From Balanoglossus misakiensis (lineage: Eukaryota; Animalia; Hemichordata), in contig CM082592.2 of assembly GCA_040954595.2 (NCBI GenBank), positions 2,855,462 through 2,919,461 on the forward strand: a stretch of 64,000 nucleotides of DNA, in the 5' to 3' direction. A program made the position numbers and the translations under genes. The notes below the pieces were generated by a model, which did not search any database, had not been told where the DNA came from, and saw nothing but the letters and a program-made list of their open reading frames with translations. This document shows positions 1 to 13,900 of the stretch, piece by piece. Numbering within the stretch: position 1 is the stretch's first letter; each line of letters starts with the position of its first letter.

Positions 1-508
1 ACGAAAGCTGCCATTTTCAAGCTCTGGTTCTCGCATTGTACTAGTAGTTAAACAATCTGAATTACCATTGCAAGTTTTGACGTTGTTTAAATCAGACATT
101 CAAAGTAACACAATCCTTTCATACTTTTCTTTTTCATTGTTTTATATAAATTGGTTGAGTGAATTGATGATCAGAGAATTTCATGATCGTGGATTTTTGT
201 GCTACATGGTTTACTTTTGTTCACTCAAGCAAAAACAAAGTCCTACAAAAGTGTTTGTTGATCACATAATATTTAGATGTTATTACACAAAGTTTGGTCA
301 ATAATATTCCATATAAGTGAATAATACGGGCTCCTATCTTCACTGTGAGAACAATAGAAAGTGGCAAATACAGGCATTGATTGATAGTCTTCTGACTGAT
401 CGTAGTAAAAAGTCTAAACATAACCCGATACTTTCAACTTCTTGGCAAATTTTAGTTAATGTCAAAAACCCTGCACAATTTTTGACTTGTCAATTCCCTT
501 TCTTGCAG

Positions 509-1218
509 GCAAACTACCACTTCCAGAAGTAGCAGCTATGTTCACGAGTAAGACATTAGGACAACTGAAAAATGAATGCGGAGGATTACAAACATTACTT
601 CGAAACAGTCATCAAGTTTTTCAAGGTAATATATGTGACTGTATCAAAGCATTGTCAATAATTTGTTGCCTTCCAAAAAAGCCAGACAGAAAAAAAATAC
701 ATTTTCCAAGAATTACTTCGACATGTACTCTGCTGATTTTGAAAATTTGCATTTCCGTTGAAAATGCTACATTACATTTTCATAGCTATGTAGTGCCTTT
801 CTAAATTGAAATTCGAAAATGCAGCTAAGTGGGTTCGTGTTAGGAACTGATCAGCATGAAACCAACTGTGACTGAAAAATGGTATGGTACACTTGAGTGT
901 ACTAATAGTGTCACTGTGATCAAATGGGAGCAAAGTGCCCTTTACACTATTTTGTGCCGTTTTTTACTTGCAGTCTTTGGAGGCGTAGTGCAGCTACGTG
1001 ATTGGTCAAAGATGGAGCCAATCAGGAAGCACAAAGCAAAATGGCAACGGGAGAAAAGAGACCAGACAATGACGAGCAACAGTTCAAAGCAACTCCAAAA
1101 AACTAAACTCTGTTGGTTTTATATGAACCACCCAGACGGGTGTCCAAGACGTGATGACCTTTGTACCTTTGCACACGGTAGCCATGAACTCAGACAAAGA
1201 CCAAATTTTAATGAGTAG
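509..1218 (+). CDS. TRMT44: tRNA (uracil-O(2)-)-methyltransferase TRMT44, last two coding exons (gene starts upstream of the window)
   Basis: Exons 509-625 and 974-1218 have cag/gt boundaries in matching phase. The translation LKNECGGLQTLLRNSHQVFQ|VFGGVVQLRDW...KTKLCWFYMNHPDGCPRRDDLCTFAHG matches the recalled TRMT44 C-terminus with its CCCH zinc finger. Confidence 0.9.
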
Positions 1219-1902
1219 TGCCAAAATATGGCTGAACTTTTTAAGTTTACAATATAAATGTTGGTGTACTATCCTGCGAGAAGGCATCACAAATCATTAA
1301 TATACAATGAATTGTTTTCATCAAATAATTTACTACCTCCAGTGATTTTACCACTGTAAGTGGCAATTTAAAAGCCTGAAATTGGAGATTCTGTCCATCT
1401 TCACTTGTTGCGAGATACAGTAAGTCGTATAGTTTCAATTGACAATTGTAGGATTTCTGGACACTAGGTGCCGAAGTTTCATACCTCGTGGTTATTCACT
1501 GCATTAAATCCTTTGGGAAACAAAGTGTTCATTGAAGTCTTCATTGGTCTTGAGATCACGAACAAAAATTATTTCGTTACATACAGCAAATAGGTCAATG
1601 GGCCTGTAATTTTTTCTGCTCATCTAAAATAAACTTAAAGAATGACATTTCTTTGCTGCAAAAAGTATATGAGTTGATACATAAATTTTTATGTCACAAG
1701 CACTCAAATTACTTAGTCAGTATACAAATGTACCATGTGCGGGCTTGAAGTTGCAGTTGCTCGAATAATGTCAAACTGCATTAATAATTCCATTCTCTCT
1801 TGTTTTATATGTTGTACAAGAAATCCTGCAACATTGACTTGTATTCCACTGTGATGATGTAATTGTTACTGTTTGCTCAGTTTCATGAGAAACATTATTT
1901 GC

Positions 1903-4900
1903 TCAAGTCCTGCTGCCTGTTGTCGTGCGGTCATTCCGATTTTCTGCTGGTAACAGGTCCTCCATTATTGATTTGATGAAAGTGGTCCCATTTATAATTT
2001 TGGTTGTTGCAACTATGAAATCGCCCGGCCCTGTAAAAATAAAATATCAAAGAAATGGAGGTCAGCATGAATATATGTATGACCAAGTAGACAGGATAAC
2101 TTCAAATGTTCATCTTGAGTCTATTAGTACCTTGCTTATAAACACACAGCTAAGGGCGCTGTTTCCGATAGAAGTAAGTGGTTGGGACCAGGTTATAATT
2201 TGAAATTACTGAAAAACAGGAAATTTTTGCAAGAGGAAATTTTCGCGATATCAAAACAGGCAACTGTTACGCGACAATTAATTTTCGCGTCCTCATATTT
2301 CACTGCATAGTTATCGCCGAAAAACATTTTTAGGCGACTTCTTTATTTTTGCGTTTTTTTGGCTCTTGCGTAGTTTGCGAAAATTTATCGTTAGCGAAAA
2401 TTTCCTGCTTTACAGTATTGCAGCAATGAAAGTATTGTACAAAAAATAAATTGATCTGCTCACAATCACCACATAAGAAACGTGATAGAAAACACACCAT
2501 ATACTAATCATAGATCACATAATAATACATTAGATACTTACCATCTTCTTGTTGGGATAAAAACCTCAAAGCAGCTATTTCAGCATAGGTTACACCACCA
2601 AGGAAAAACACCATTGTCACCTTTTGGTTTTCATTAGGTCCTTCTGCATTTTGTGACTCTATATGCATGGATTAGAAGATAATTCTTAATCAATGAGACG
2701 GCTTCATCTGTTTCGTTTAAACAACGGATGTAATTTTTTGTATAGACATCACAGCAACCCACAATTTTATGTAATAGTTGGAAGCTGTTAGCTGAATTGT
2801 AATTTTTATTTTCCGACAAATTGAATAACCTTTCCCCAGTCTTTTTGCCAAGACTTTTCTAACATCCATAAACCCTGACAGCTGGCTGGCCATGTTGAGT
2901 GCGTATGTGAGTTGTGTGTCCACTATGCCTTGCATAGGTCTCTACATCATTCCTCCTATATAACCAACTGTCTCTGGGGGTTACACGATAAGTGAAAGTA
3001 GATCATTATATTCACCCCAAATATGTTCGATAAAAACCAGAAAAAAAGTACCTACTTTTTCTTCTGAGACCAACTGGTATTTGCTGAGTTTCCTGCACAG
3101 TTGGTCCAGGTAGAATGCGCAAGACTTCTTCAATAGTTCTCCAACCTGGCCTCACTAAATACTGTGCTAATCTCACTGTCAATGGAGCATAGCCACTATA
3201 AACATACGAAACATCATTTGGGTTCTGTAATAAATGTACATAAAAACAATATTAAAACATCAGATTATGTCAGATTATAATATTGTCATGAAACGCATTT
3301 TCAGTAATGAAGACATTCAATTTAATATACATGTACAACTCCTACGATGAACTTAGAAGACAGAAATCACCCTCTTTTGACCTTGACACTGAATTTGGTG
3401 TTAGATGTATGGTACAATTGCTCAGTGAATCATGATGGTTCAATGGTTCTGGAACAGCCTACTCTTTATAAACTCTACTTAACAGCCCTAACCGAGGAAC
3501 CCTAGACCGGCTCAGTAGGAAAATCTTTGGGTGGTAGATGTCCAGGCGTAATAATTCTGTCACCAGAGCCTGTTTGTAACAGCGCCCTCTACACACAGCA
3601 TGTCAGAACACTCACATAAAACCACTGATCAAAAACATGCATATCTTCTAATATGGAGGTAAGCAATTCTGTCATCTGCAACAAATATTATTTGCTTTGA
3701 AAATTATGTGGTGGTTACTGTTTTGGGGGGAAAAGTTTGACTCAAGTAGATGGTTGAAGTGTTGATCACAGCAGCAGATGATTCATAAAACAGCATATAA
3801 AGATGTCTCTATATTGAAAGAACATCTTACCTGTTCGTTCACATCTTCTACAGTTAATCTCAGTGATTTTCGGATCATGGAAAAGTTTTTCTGTGTTTGA
3901 GGTTTGAGCAGTCCTGTTTTTTCCAAATTGTTGAGCGTCACCATGTGTTCATATCCATATGTCTAAAAAGAAATTTAAACGACTGATTCTGTTGAAAATG
4001 CAAATTAATTGTATGAAATTTTAGAAGCCCTACAAGAGTAGAGTTTGTTTGTGTGATGCCATCACCAACCCCCCCCCCCCCCTCTCGCCCCCCCCCCCCC
4101 CAGCCCATGGCCCACCTCGCCATCTCAGATCAAGGTCAGGTTGACCCAATGCCAGTTGTCTGCCACTAACATCAAGTGGAATCATTCCTCCAGGCTTTGC
4201 ATATTCATGAATTTTTCCATATACATGTATGTACATGTATAGTCTTTAGTCACAGACAACTTTAACAACTGACAACAATTAATATCACAGTAAATGCAAT
4301 GTTTGCTACACTACCTGAAGTATCTCCCTTCTGTAGAAATCTAACACTTTGGGTTTCAATCCATTGTTTGTTACACACTGCATACACACCAATCTTAGAA
4401 CCTGAAAAGAAAACAATTAAAACCAATACATAGGAGCAGTGTATTTATTATTCTTTGAAAGAAAAAAAACGTGTCTGGTGGCTGAGAAGTTTCTGATACT
4501 GATGTCTAGCAAGAAATTCATAATATTCTACATGTAGGGCTATGGAATGTGATAATCAGGAACTGCATCTGGGTAGTCATCTACCTTAAAGCTGCATCGC
4601 TAATTGCCCCACTCTATCAGTTCAACCACTCCATTAATTCAACCACCCACTATTCTTTGGAAAATTAATTATTTTGTAATCTTCAATTGTTTGACCACTG
4701 ATGAAATGCATGTGTTGATAGTGTGTATTTTTCATGAAGATATCTGCAACTTTGACCTTCCAAGGTATTCAGAACTCACTGATTTTATTCTGGCTGACCT
4801 TAAACAGTACAATTCTATCATAAATATCACCTAAACTACATGCTGATAGTGCATACAGTTCATGCCATGCAAACGTGCCCCCCTGAAAAATATTTCAAGC

Positions 4901-7900
4901 ACTATGAGTGGCCATTTTGTTGTTGTTATTTTTATTCTATTAGTTTGTCTTTTCACAAATCATATTTATTTTTTTCTGGTCGAACTGATGGAGTGATTAC
5001 GGTAGATTAACTGACTTTGAATCACATACAGACATTATTTCTGCATTAGGTTTTATATTTACCTTAATCAGAGGTTCTTTCCTGGCTATACAGTCTTCAA
5101 TGTAGTTATTGACCTTGTCCGTTTCTATGCCATGCATGAATTCTGATAAAGTGAAATTTAGACAAGTTTGAAAATCATTACACAACTGAGCAATTTGTTT
5201 TCCAGTGAGCTGTGAAGAATTTTGAAAGTTGTTATCCACTGTGGCTAATATAATAGTTTCATTTTTTTTAAAGGGACAAAGTCTCTCTCTCGTTCGATAC
5301 AAGACACCGTTTATGTTATTCTACATGGGGATATATAGTGAATCAACGTTCGACCACACACAACTTCCATCCCACTTGTAGACACGAGAGTGAAAATCTT
5401 GCCAAAATGAATAATCGGTGTTTACCGTTTATTCATTTTGGCGAGATTTCTTATGTCCTACAAATGGGATGGAAGTTGTGTGTTGTCGAACATTGATTTA
5501 CGGTACTATATATCCACATGTAGAATAACATAAATGGTGTCTTGCATCAAACATAATGAAAAAAAGGCAGCGAGAGAGACTTTGTCCCTTTAATAGCCAC
5601 CAACAAATTTCATCAGGCAGACATTTTTTATGAAAATACAACTTGATGGACTACATGTATTACAATGTTCAATAAGTACTTGCACATGATACCTTGTTGA
5701 ACTTGTAATGAATCCATAAAATCATCCAATTCTACAACTTCTTTGATCAGCTCTGCTATGGAAGTATCTGGGAGGGGAGAAATACATGTTACAACAGGCT
5801 TCATTATTCATGTAATATTAATGTTTCAATTCTCCAGATTTTTTTTTTAAACAACATTTCATTTACCGTAGTCTGCATCTTGTCATCGGTTTATAACATA
5901 AGAAGGGGGTTCCTGTCTTTGAAAAAAACAACATTTTCCCTAATTCTAGCTCTGAAGGGGGTACAAATGTAGCTTGACCCTTTGCCAATTTCTGACAAAA
6001 CAGTGGCGCACAACTTACTAAGAGCCTGGGACAAAATGCGAGAGTTTAAACAAGACTTAAAATCACAAGACGTGACAATAACATTTCAAGTGACTTACGA
6101 TTTGCTAATGACTGTTTTGCCGCCTGTATATGTGGTAGTTTGGAGACAAACTGTTTGATCTCTCCCACTGTCTTTGCATCTTTGCGTTCCTGAAAGTACA
6201 GGTATGTATGAATTAAATTTAATCAATGTATTGCATTGCATTGCATTGTATTGTATTGTATTGTATTATATTGTATTGTATTGTATTGTATTGTATTGTA
6301 TTGTATTGTATTGTATTGCAAACCAATTGTACATGAACAAACTAGCAATGCCTCCTGAGTTACTGTAAAACCGGCAATTTTTGCGATACTGAAAGAGACA
6401 ACTATTACGCTACGATTAATTTTCGCGTTCTGGTATTTCACTGAATCGTTATCTCCGAAAAAACATTTTTACGCAACTTTTTTATGTTCGCATTTTATGG
6501 CACTCGCAAAAATTTCCCGTTTTAAAGTATCAATATAATATAATATAAAATATAATACACAGTAACTTGTGAACTTTACCTCAAATGCAGCAGAAAGAAG
6601 TTTGGCTTTTTTGCTTAATTCTGGACCAACCGCATTGAAGTTTTTATCTCTCAATACAGAATACAGTTCATCGGTCGAATTGAGAACAAATTTCTTCGGT
6701 TCCGTTGGCATCTCTGTGGGTTCCCCTTCTTTTTGACGTGTAAATTTCTCAGGTGGCAACTTGACATTTGCTGAAAATGAGATGAAGAACACTGTTAAAT
6801 ATTTAAAACTTAAAGAAATAGCCAGCGGGCAAGATGAGATGACAGCTGGTTTCAAGGGTAATTCAAAGATTAAAGCTCCATTACTGTAACTTTTGACCAT
6901 ATTTTCAGTAATTTTATTTTGTGTATATACTGGAGTTTCTGGTTAAAATCCCCAAAGCATAATGAAATGCACCACAGTAAACAGCTTATCGACACAGCCT
7001 ATGTGTGTATAGCCAGTATTGTTATTGTTGAAAATTGAATTTAAGTCCGGACTTGAATTCATTTGTCAACAATTTAGAGTCATTACACATTCATTTGACA
7101 AGCAAACTGGGTATTTTATTAATCCATAGGGAGTAGGACAAGAAATTGCATAATAATAAATAGAACAGAAATATTGAAAAATTGCCAAAAGTTACAGCTA
7201 ATGTCCCTTGTATTTCATATTCAATATTCCAAACAGAATGACAGCAAATGCAAGTGAAACCTATTACAAAAATGTCATCAATTTAAACCTTCTCAGGCCT
7301 CAACCCTATACAAAATGGTAAATTCGTGAATGTAAACAGGAACTCCGGTCTTTAAGAATTAAACTCCAAATATTTAGTACATGAACACCAACAAGAACGT
7401 TTGAGTAATGACGCAAACAAATCACTTTCTTTCCACCTCTAGAACAGATACAAAAAGAAAACCCACATGAAGCTCCCCCCCCCCCCCCAAAAAAAAAAAA
7501 TCATGTTTTTTTTTTGGGGGGGGGGGGGGCTGATTGACACACACCATTTTTCAATCAAAGCAATACGAAAAGTGAAGGAACTTTCTATATTCATCCATCA
7601 TGAACTTACTGTTAGCTATGCCATAAATTTCGTCAATCAGCCCTTCATATGTCAGCTGCGAGGGCAGTGGTGTCAATAAATCCACATTTCGATCCAACAA
7701 AAGCAAAGAATCAATTTGTGGTGGAATCTGATCTTCATGGCCGGCCATCTCACGTCTCATTCGTAACATCATATCAGTCACATGCTGAAACAAGAGTGAA
7801 AAATAGCGTCAAGGACACTGTGCTCCCATATATTCATAACCGATATATGAACTCATACTCAGACAGATTTAGTTTGATCACAAAATGTAGTTGTTTCAAT

Positions 7901-10900
7901 TATTTTTCTGGAGCCCAACAAAGCCATTTCTCAAAGGCCTTACCATATGAAACAAAATGCATGGAAAATATCACTATTATTGGCTGAAATGTAAAGTGAC
8001 TTACCTTAGCATTATGGCCTTTACCATGGATATGTGGAATAACTCCATATATGGCCTGTATAGTCATTAATGCTTTGGCAACATAATACATACTTGTCTT
8101 GTCATTGTAAAGAAAACACTCCTGTGAAGAACATTGGGAGTAACAAAAGAAGAATTAATGACATCAATTTTTCCCCATTGGCAATCACAATTTATCAATC
8201 ATCGAAACCAATCTTTGGCATTAGAAAGTCATCAAACAAAAGACATATGAACAAGATACTTTCAGAAATAATCTTTTGAAGTACATACCTTAAATGAGTT
8301 TTCCATTTCCATTGACATCAGATCATTATCAAATGGTAATATGTCTAATGCATATTCATCAATATTTGAAAAGTTTCCATATACCCCAAGTTCCTAAAAG
8401 CAATACAATCACCACCACCATAACCAAAATTAGTTTGGCAAAAATGAGGGTGAAACAATAAACAACTTAATTAGCAGTGAACAATTTTGGGGGCATTTTG
8501 CTGTAAAACACCTTCAAAATGACCTTGTGTGTTTATGTAGTGACTGATTTTATAGCCAAGGCCATAAAGATCAGAGGTACAAACCCAATTATGAGGGCAT
8601 CGATTGTGACACAGTTTTCATCCAGTCTGAAAAACTTGCCTAATTCTCAATTGACACAAAACATCCACATTATTTCGAGCCAACCCAGACATTGTTAAAA
8701 TCAAAATTGCTAGAAATATGCACAAAGAGAACACACATACATTACAAGTTTGCCGCGCTTTACAGCCAAGTGTACAGGTCAATTTTTTTTCACTTCAATC
8801 ATTCTTCATGTCTAAAACCACTGGCGTGGTTTCACAAAAAAAATAATAAAAATGGCTTAATTTACCGTTTGCTGTGGACAAAGAGAGAAACACATACCTT
8901 TAGCCGTTTTTCACACAGCAAGCTTTTCCGTGGCACAAAAAAGATGTGGTATTCTTTCCGATATCCCCCGAGTTGTTCTTCTTTGTGGACATTTTGCGCA
9001 ACAAAATCCATCAGTTGTAGTTTAGGTCTTGTTATGAAAATAATATTCCTGACATTGCTGGGTGGTAGCCTGCCAGCCCTCAATGGAAACATTTTATCTA
9101 CTTCATGTTCCTGTAAACAATGATTGATAGCGGATTGGGAGCCTTAAATATTTTCATATTTTTGATCAAATTCCCTGTGAATTTGGTATCCATGACAATG
9201 AACTCAACTCAACTCCAGGAAAGAGTATCTGACTCATTCATACTTCCCTTACCAGTTTCAAAATTTGAAGCAAGTCATTCTTTTTACACATTAAAAAGAC
9301 TGCAAACACAATAAAACTTCTTAGCAAATTTTCATAAAATTTTGAATTTTGCATGACTAAAACTGTTCGCCATTCTCTATTACAAAAGTCCCTCTCTTCA
9401 TCACACCCATTGACATTAATCCCTGGTACATTCATTCCAATTTTTTTCTAAAAAAATAAACAGACTTCATTTCATAGTCAACTTGCAGCTCACGTAAAAA
9501 GTCCAATATTTATCATCACTTGACTGCATCACCCCCAATTCCCTCTTTAGAGGTCCAACCTTACATATCCATAATGCTAAGTGCCATACCTGTTTAGAGT
9601 GTCAAGTCACTGAAAATACATATGTGCCATTTTTCTTTTTAAACGTATGTTGACTGTCTTGGCATGGCTCTCATACGTACTTAGACACACTTGGCAGTCT
9701 GAGCCCCCCGTAAACTGTACCAAATGTTAATCTCACTGGTTTGCACTGTATTGATCTGAGGGTCTTGTATAGGCCCTACTGATTAACATGCACTTGGCAG
9801 TCTAACAGACCTGGGAGCCAGGATTCTAGGCACCCTGGAAATCAAACCAGTTTCAAACTTTCAACCTACTTGGCAGCGTTAGGGTTAAATCATAGAAAAC
9901 AATGAGTTTGGACTGAACCATAGTAGTGAAAGGGTTAAAACTACACCAAGGCAAATGAAAACTTTATCCTTATTTTTTAAAAAAAAACTCTATAAAATGT
10001 CAATCAGACAAATATGTACTTACTTTCAAAAGAGAGTACTCTGCTATGAGTCCAAAGGGTCCAGTCAACTGCTCATCCCAAACCACCGCCTATGAGTAAA
10101 GAAACAAAATAGCGTCAAGGACACTGTGGTCCCATTTGAGGACATAGCAACATAGCAATAAGCATATCTGCTCTGGATGCCAAGATATGGTAAAGTAGGT
10201 CAAAGGTCACCTGAGGTCATGCAAAATTTGGGCAAGAAATTTTGACCCTATACTGGTCCGTGTTCAACAAAAACCAAACCTATAGCCTTATTGGTTACCC
10301 TGGAATTAGGTATGCACATAATTAATGAGATATGCAGGTGTCACAGGTGACCCCCAATTTTGGCTTTTCAATTTTAGTGCCAATCCTCCAAACGCCAAGT
10401 CTGTACCTGCTCTGGATGCCAAGATATGGAAAAGTAGGTCAAAGGTCACCTGAGGTCATGCAAAATTTGGGCAAGAAATTTTGACCCTATACTGGTCCAT
10501 GTTCAACAAAAACCAAACCTATAGCCCTATTGGTTAGCCTGGAATTAGGTATGCACATAATTAATGAGACATGCAGGTGTCACAGGTGACCCCCAATTTC
10601 GGCTTTTCAATTTTAGTGCCAATCCTCCAAACGCCAAGTCTGTACCTGCTCTGGATGCCAAGATATGGTAAAGTAGGTCAAAGGTCACCTAAGGTCATGC
10701 AAAATTTGGGCAAGAAATTTTTACCCTATACTGGTCCATGTTCAACAAAAACCAAACCTATAGCCCTATTGGTTAGCCTGGAATTAGGTATGCACATAAT
10801 TAATGAGATATTCAGGAGTCACAGGTGACCCATATTTTGGCTTTTCAATTTTAGTCCCAACCCTCCAAACGCCAAGTCTGTACCTGCTGTGGATGCCCAG

Positions 10901-13900
10901 ATATAGGAAAGTAGGTCAAAGGTCACCTGAGGTCACCCAAAATTTGGGCAAGAAATTTTGACCCTATACTGGTCCATGTCCCACAAGAACGAAACCTCTA
11001 GCCCTATTAGTTAGCCCGGAATTAGGTATGCACATAATTAATGTGTTAAGCAGGTGTTACAGGTGAGCCCAAAATTTTGCCTTTTATTTTGGCCCCATTG
11101 TGCTCACTGACCAATAGACAGTCACTGTACAGGACTATTGCACAGATCAGAATTCCACAATAAGACGTGGACATAGCTTAACCATAGAGGTATAAGTAAA
11201 GGTATAAATTTAATAAAAAGACTAAAAAATTCATAAAAAATAAAACATCCACAATATCAACTGAACACTTACAGGTCGGTGTGAGGTTGACATATGGTAC
11301 ATGCATACCAATTTCCAAAGCAATCTGACCAGTAATTGTTGACTTACAGAGTTTTGATAAATTTCACATTTTACAAGCTAATTTGCATATTTTTGGGCCT
11401 GGCAACTTCGTTTGGACAAACTCCCATCTACAGCCCAGCCTGCACCTACACACCAAATATTGAGGTGATACGCGCAGCGGTTTTCAAGTTTTTGATGTGG
11501 ACGGACATACAGACATACATCCATCCATCCATACATACACACAGACGCAACCCATCCCATAAGGTCCCATGGTATATAGGCCTATACCAATGGGACCTAA
11601 CAAGGCAAGGTTGACATAGGCCTAATGTAGCCCTGCGCACAGCAGGTCTGTGTTCCTGTACACAGTCTGATTTCAGGGTACCTAATTTACATGCATTTGC
11701 ATAAAATCATTTCAAATGAACAGCGCCCCCGTGCTTAAGTATGTGTCCGTTAGGATTTTTTCCCGAGGTACCGATAATCTCACTTTTCCAGCTTAATACT
11801 GCGTTAGAAGAATTATTCTCATCCCGAAACTGACGTATACCCGGTAAGTTGCTGTTTCTATCATATTTCACGCCATTGTTAGTCCAAAGAATTAGGTTAT
11901 ACGCGTTTCGAGTGGTGTGCCCGTACGGACTTTCACGATTTTTCCGTGATTTTCAACACTGCCCCGCGTCTAAGTGCCGGTTTTTAAAAATCGAAAATTG
12001 ACATAAATCGTTGAGTTGATTATTGTTTTATCGAAATTTGCGTATTTTTAGTCTGCTCAAGGTCCGGAAAAATTGCGAACGCCTGTTTACTGAGTGTGTG
12101 TATGTACCGTGTTCTAACATGGCGGCGTAAGGAATCCATACCCGGAAGTAGCGAATGCGCGACTGTGGCAAGCTATTTTAGATCATTATGTCCCGGTCCA
12201 ATTTCGTAATTTTCTTGCTGAGAGCTCTGATTGGACGTGATTTTTGGCGCAATGATGGGACAGTAGGTGTCCAGACGTCACCGTAGACCTTATAGGGACA
12301 AAGTCTCTCTCTAGCTGCCTTTTTTTCCATTAATTATATTTGATACAAGACACCGTTTGTTATTCTACATGTGGATATATAGTGAATCAACGTTCAACCA
12401 CACACAACTTCCATCCCTCTTATAGACAGGAGAGTGAAAAAACTCCCCAAAATGAATAATCGTTCTTTACCATTTATTCATTTTGGGCGAGTTTTTACTC
12501 TCATATCTTACAAGTGGGATGGAAGTTGTGTGTGGTCGAATGTAGATTTACTATATATCCACATGTACATTAACATAAACAGTGTCTTGTATCAAACATA
12601 ACTAGTGGGAAAAGGGCAGTGAGAGAGACTTTGTCCCTTTAAGTAAGCGCGCCTGAGGGAAAGTTTCCCCGGCACCATCATTCCTTGCTTGGCGTGCACT
12701 GTTGCAGCAGTGTCGTGTGTGTGTGGAAGCCGGAGCAAGTGTTTCTCAAATCTCTTGTTGAGACCTTCACCAATAATTATCGTACGCCTTACAGTTTGTT
12801 TCTTTGTCTTTCAGGAGACAACGAAGAAAGAAGTGCGTCTGTGCTGATCGATCGGTGTTTTACTGCCTGTAGTGTGGTTGGTGGCCAGTTCCCACACTTT
12901 TTTGCATTCAGGAGTTTCCTTTATTAATCTTGCTTTCCTCAGTTGTTACCTTTTATATATTATATTGTATTTATTTGACAATAAAATTTAAAAAGGTAAA
13001 TTTCATTAACTGTTATTGTTTGAGTATTACTGAACAGGCATTTTCCAGTCTGTGTAGGAGTAGTCTGTGTGGTTTTAGTTTGACTGACAATTGTCTAGTC
13101 TGCACTGTGCAGAGTTTTTGTGAACTGATATTTAGTCTAGTCTTTGCAGGGTGTGTGTGTGTGAACTGGCATTTGTATGGGCTGTCTGTGCAGAGTGACA
13201 GTGAAAGGCTTTTGTCCAGTCTGGGCATAGTAACTGATTGGGCATTTATCAGTCTGTCTATGCAAGTCATATTTTTCTATAGTCATTTTCAGTCTTTTAA
13301 CTGCAACATACTTTGTCTTTGTGAAGCTTTTCATAATGGTGAGAAAGGGGTCGTTTGTGTTTTCCTCCAAGAGTAGAGATAGTTTGCTGGTTTTAAATAG
13401 ACTGCTGAGGTCTATGGCAAATGCCACGGATGGAAGGAATAACATTCTAAACTCCATAAAGACCACTATACACAAACTGTGAAAACACTAGAAGTGGTAA
13501 AAACACCAGTAGAAGTTATATTGACAGAGTAAGTGAAGATGATTCAATTCTAGAAATGATTATGAATGAAGAAATGGTGGATACTTTTGAAACGTTTGAC
13601 ATACTAGAGATAGAAGAGGTAGAACAGGAATACCAATTACCTGAGGAAGATTTACAAGAGAGTACAACAAATGCATATGAAAATGATACAAATAATTACA
13701 GTGATTATTCAGATATGGAGTTACATGTAGAAAACTAAATGTAGAATTATAAGGCTGGCAATAATTTTATTGATTGAAAAAAATATACATAAAATTCTTA
13801 AATTAGAAATAATCAAAAAGAAAAAAAAAATGTTTTTAAAAATTGCCAAATTACCAATCAATGTCAGAAAAAGGAGAGTTGGACCAGTGTAGTCTGTTGT

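Noticed and set aside
10571-10828. 85-aa ORF in VPS33A intron 1
   Set aside because: It falls within the 239-bp satellite, and the period is not a multiple of 3, so it is not a coding repeat.
12930-13475. Several 85-148-aa ORFs on both strands
   Set aside because: Low-complexity (agtctg-rich) sequence inside the transposon relic, with no domain signature or splice support.
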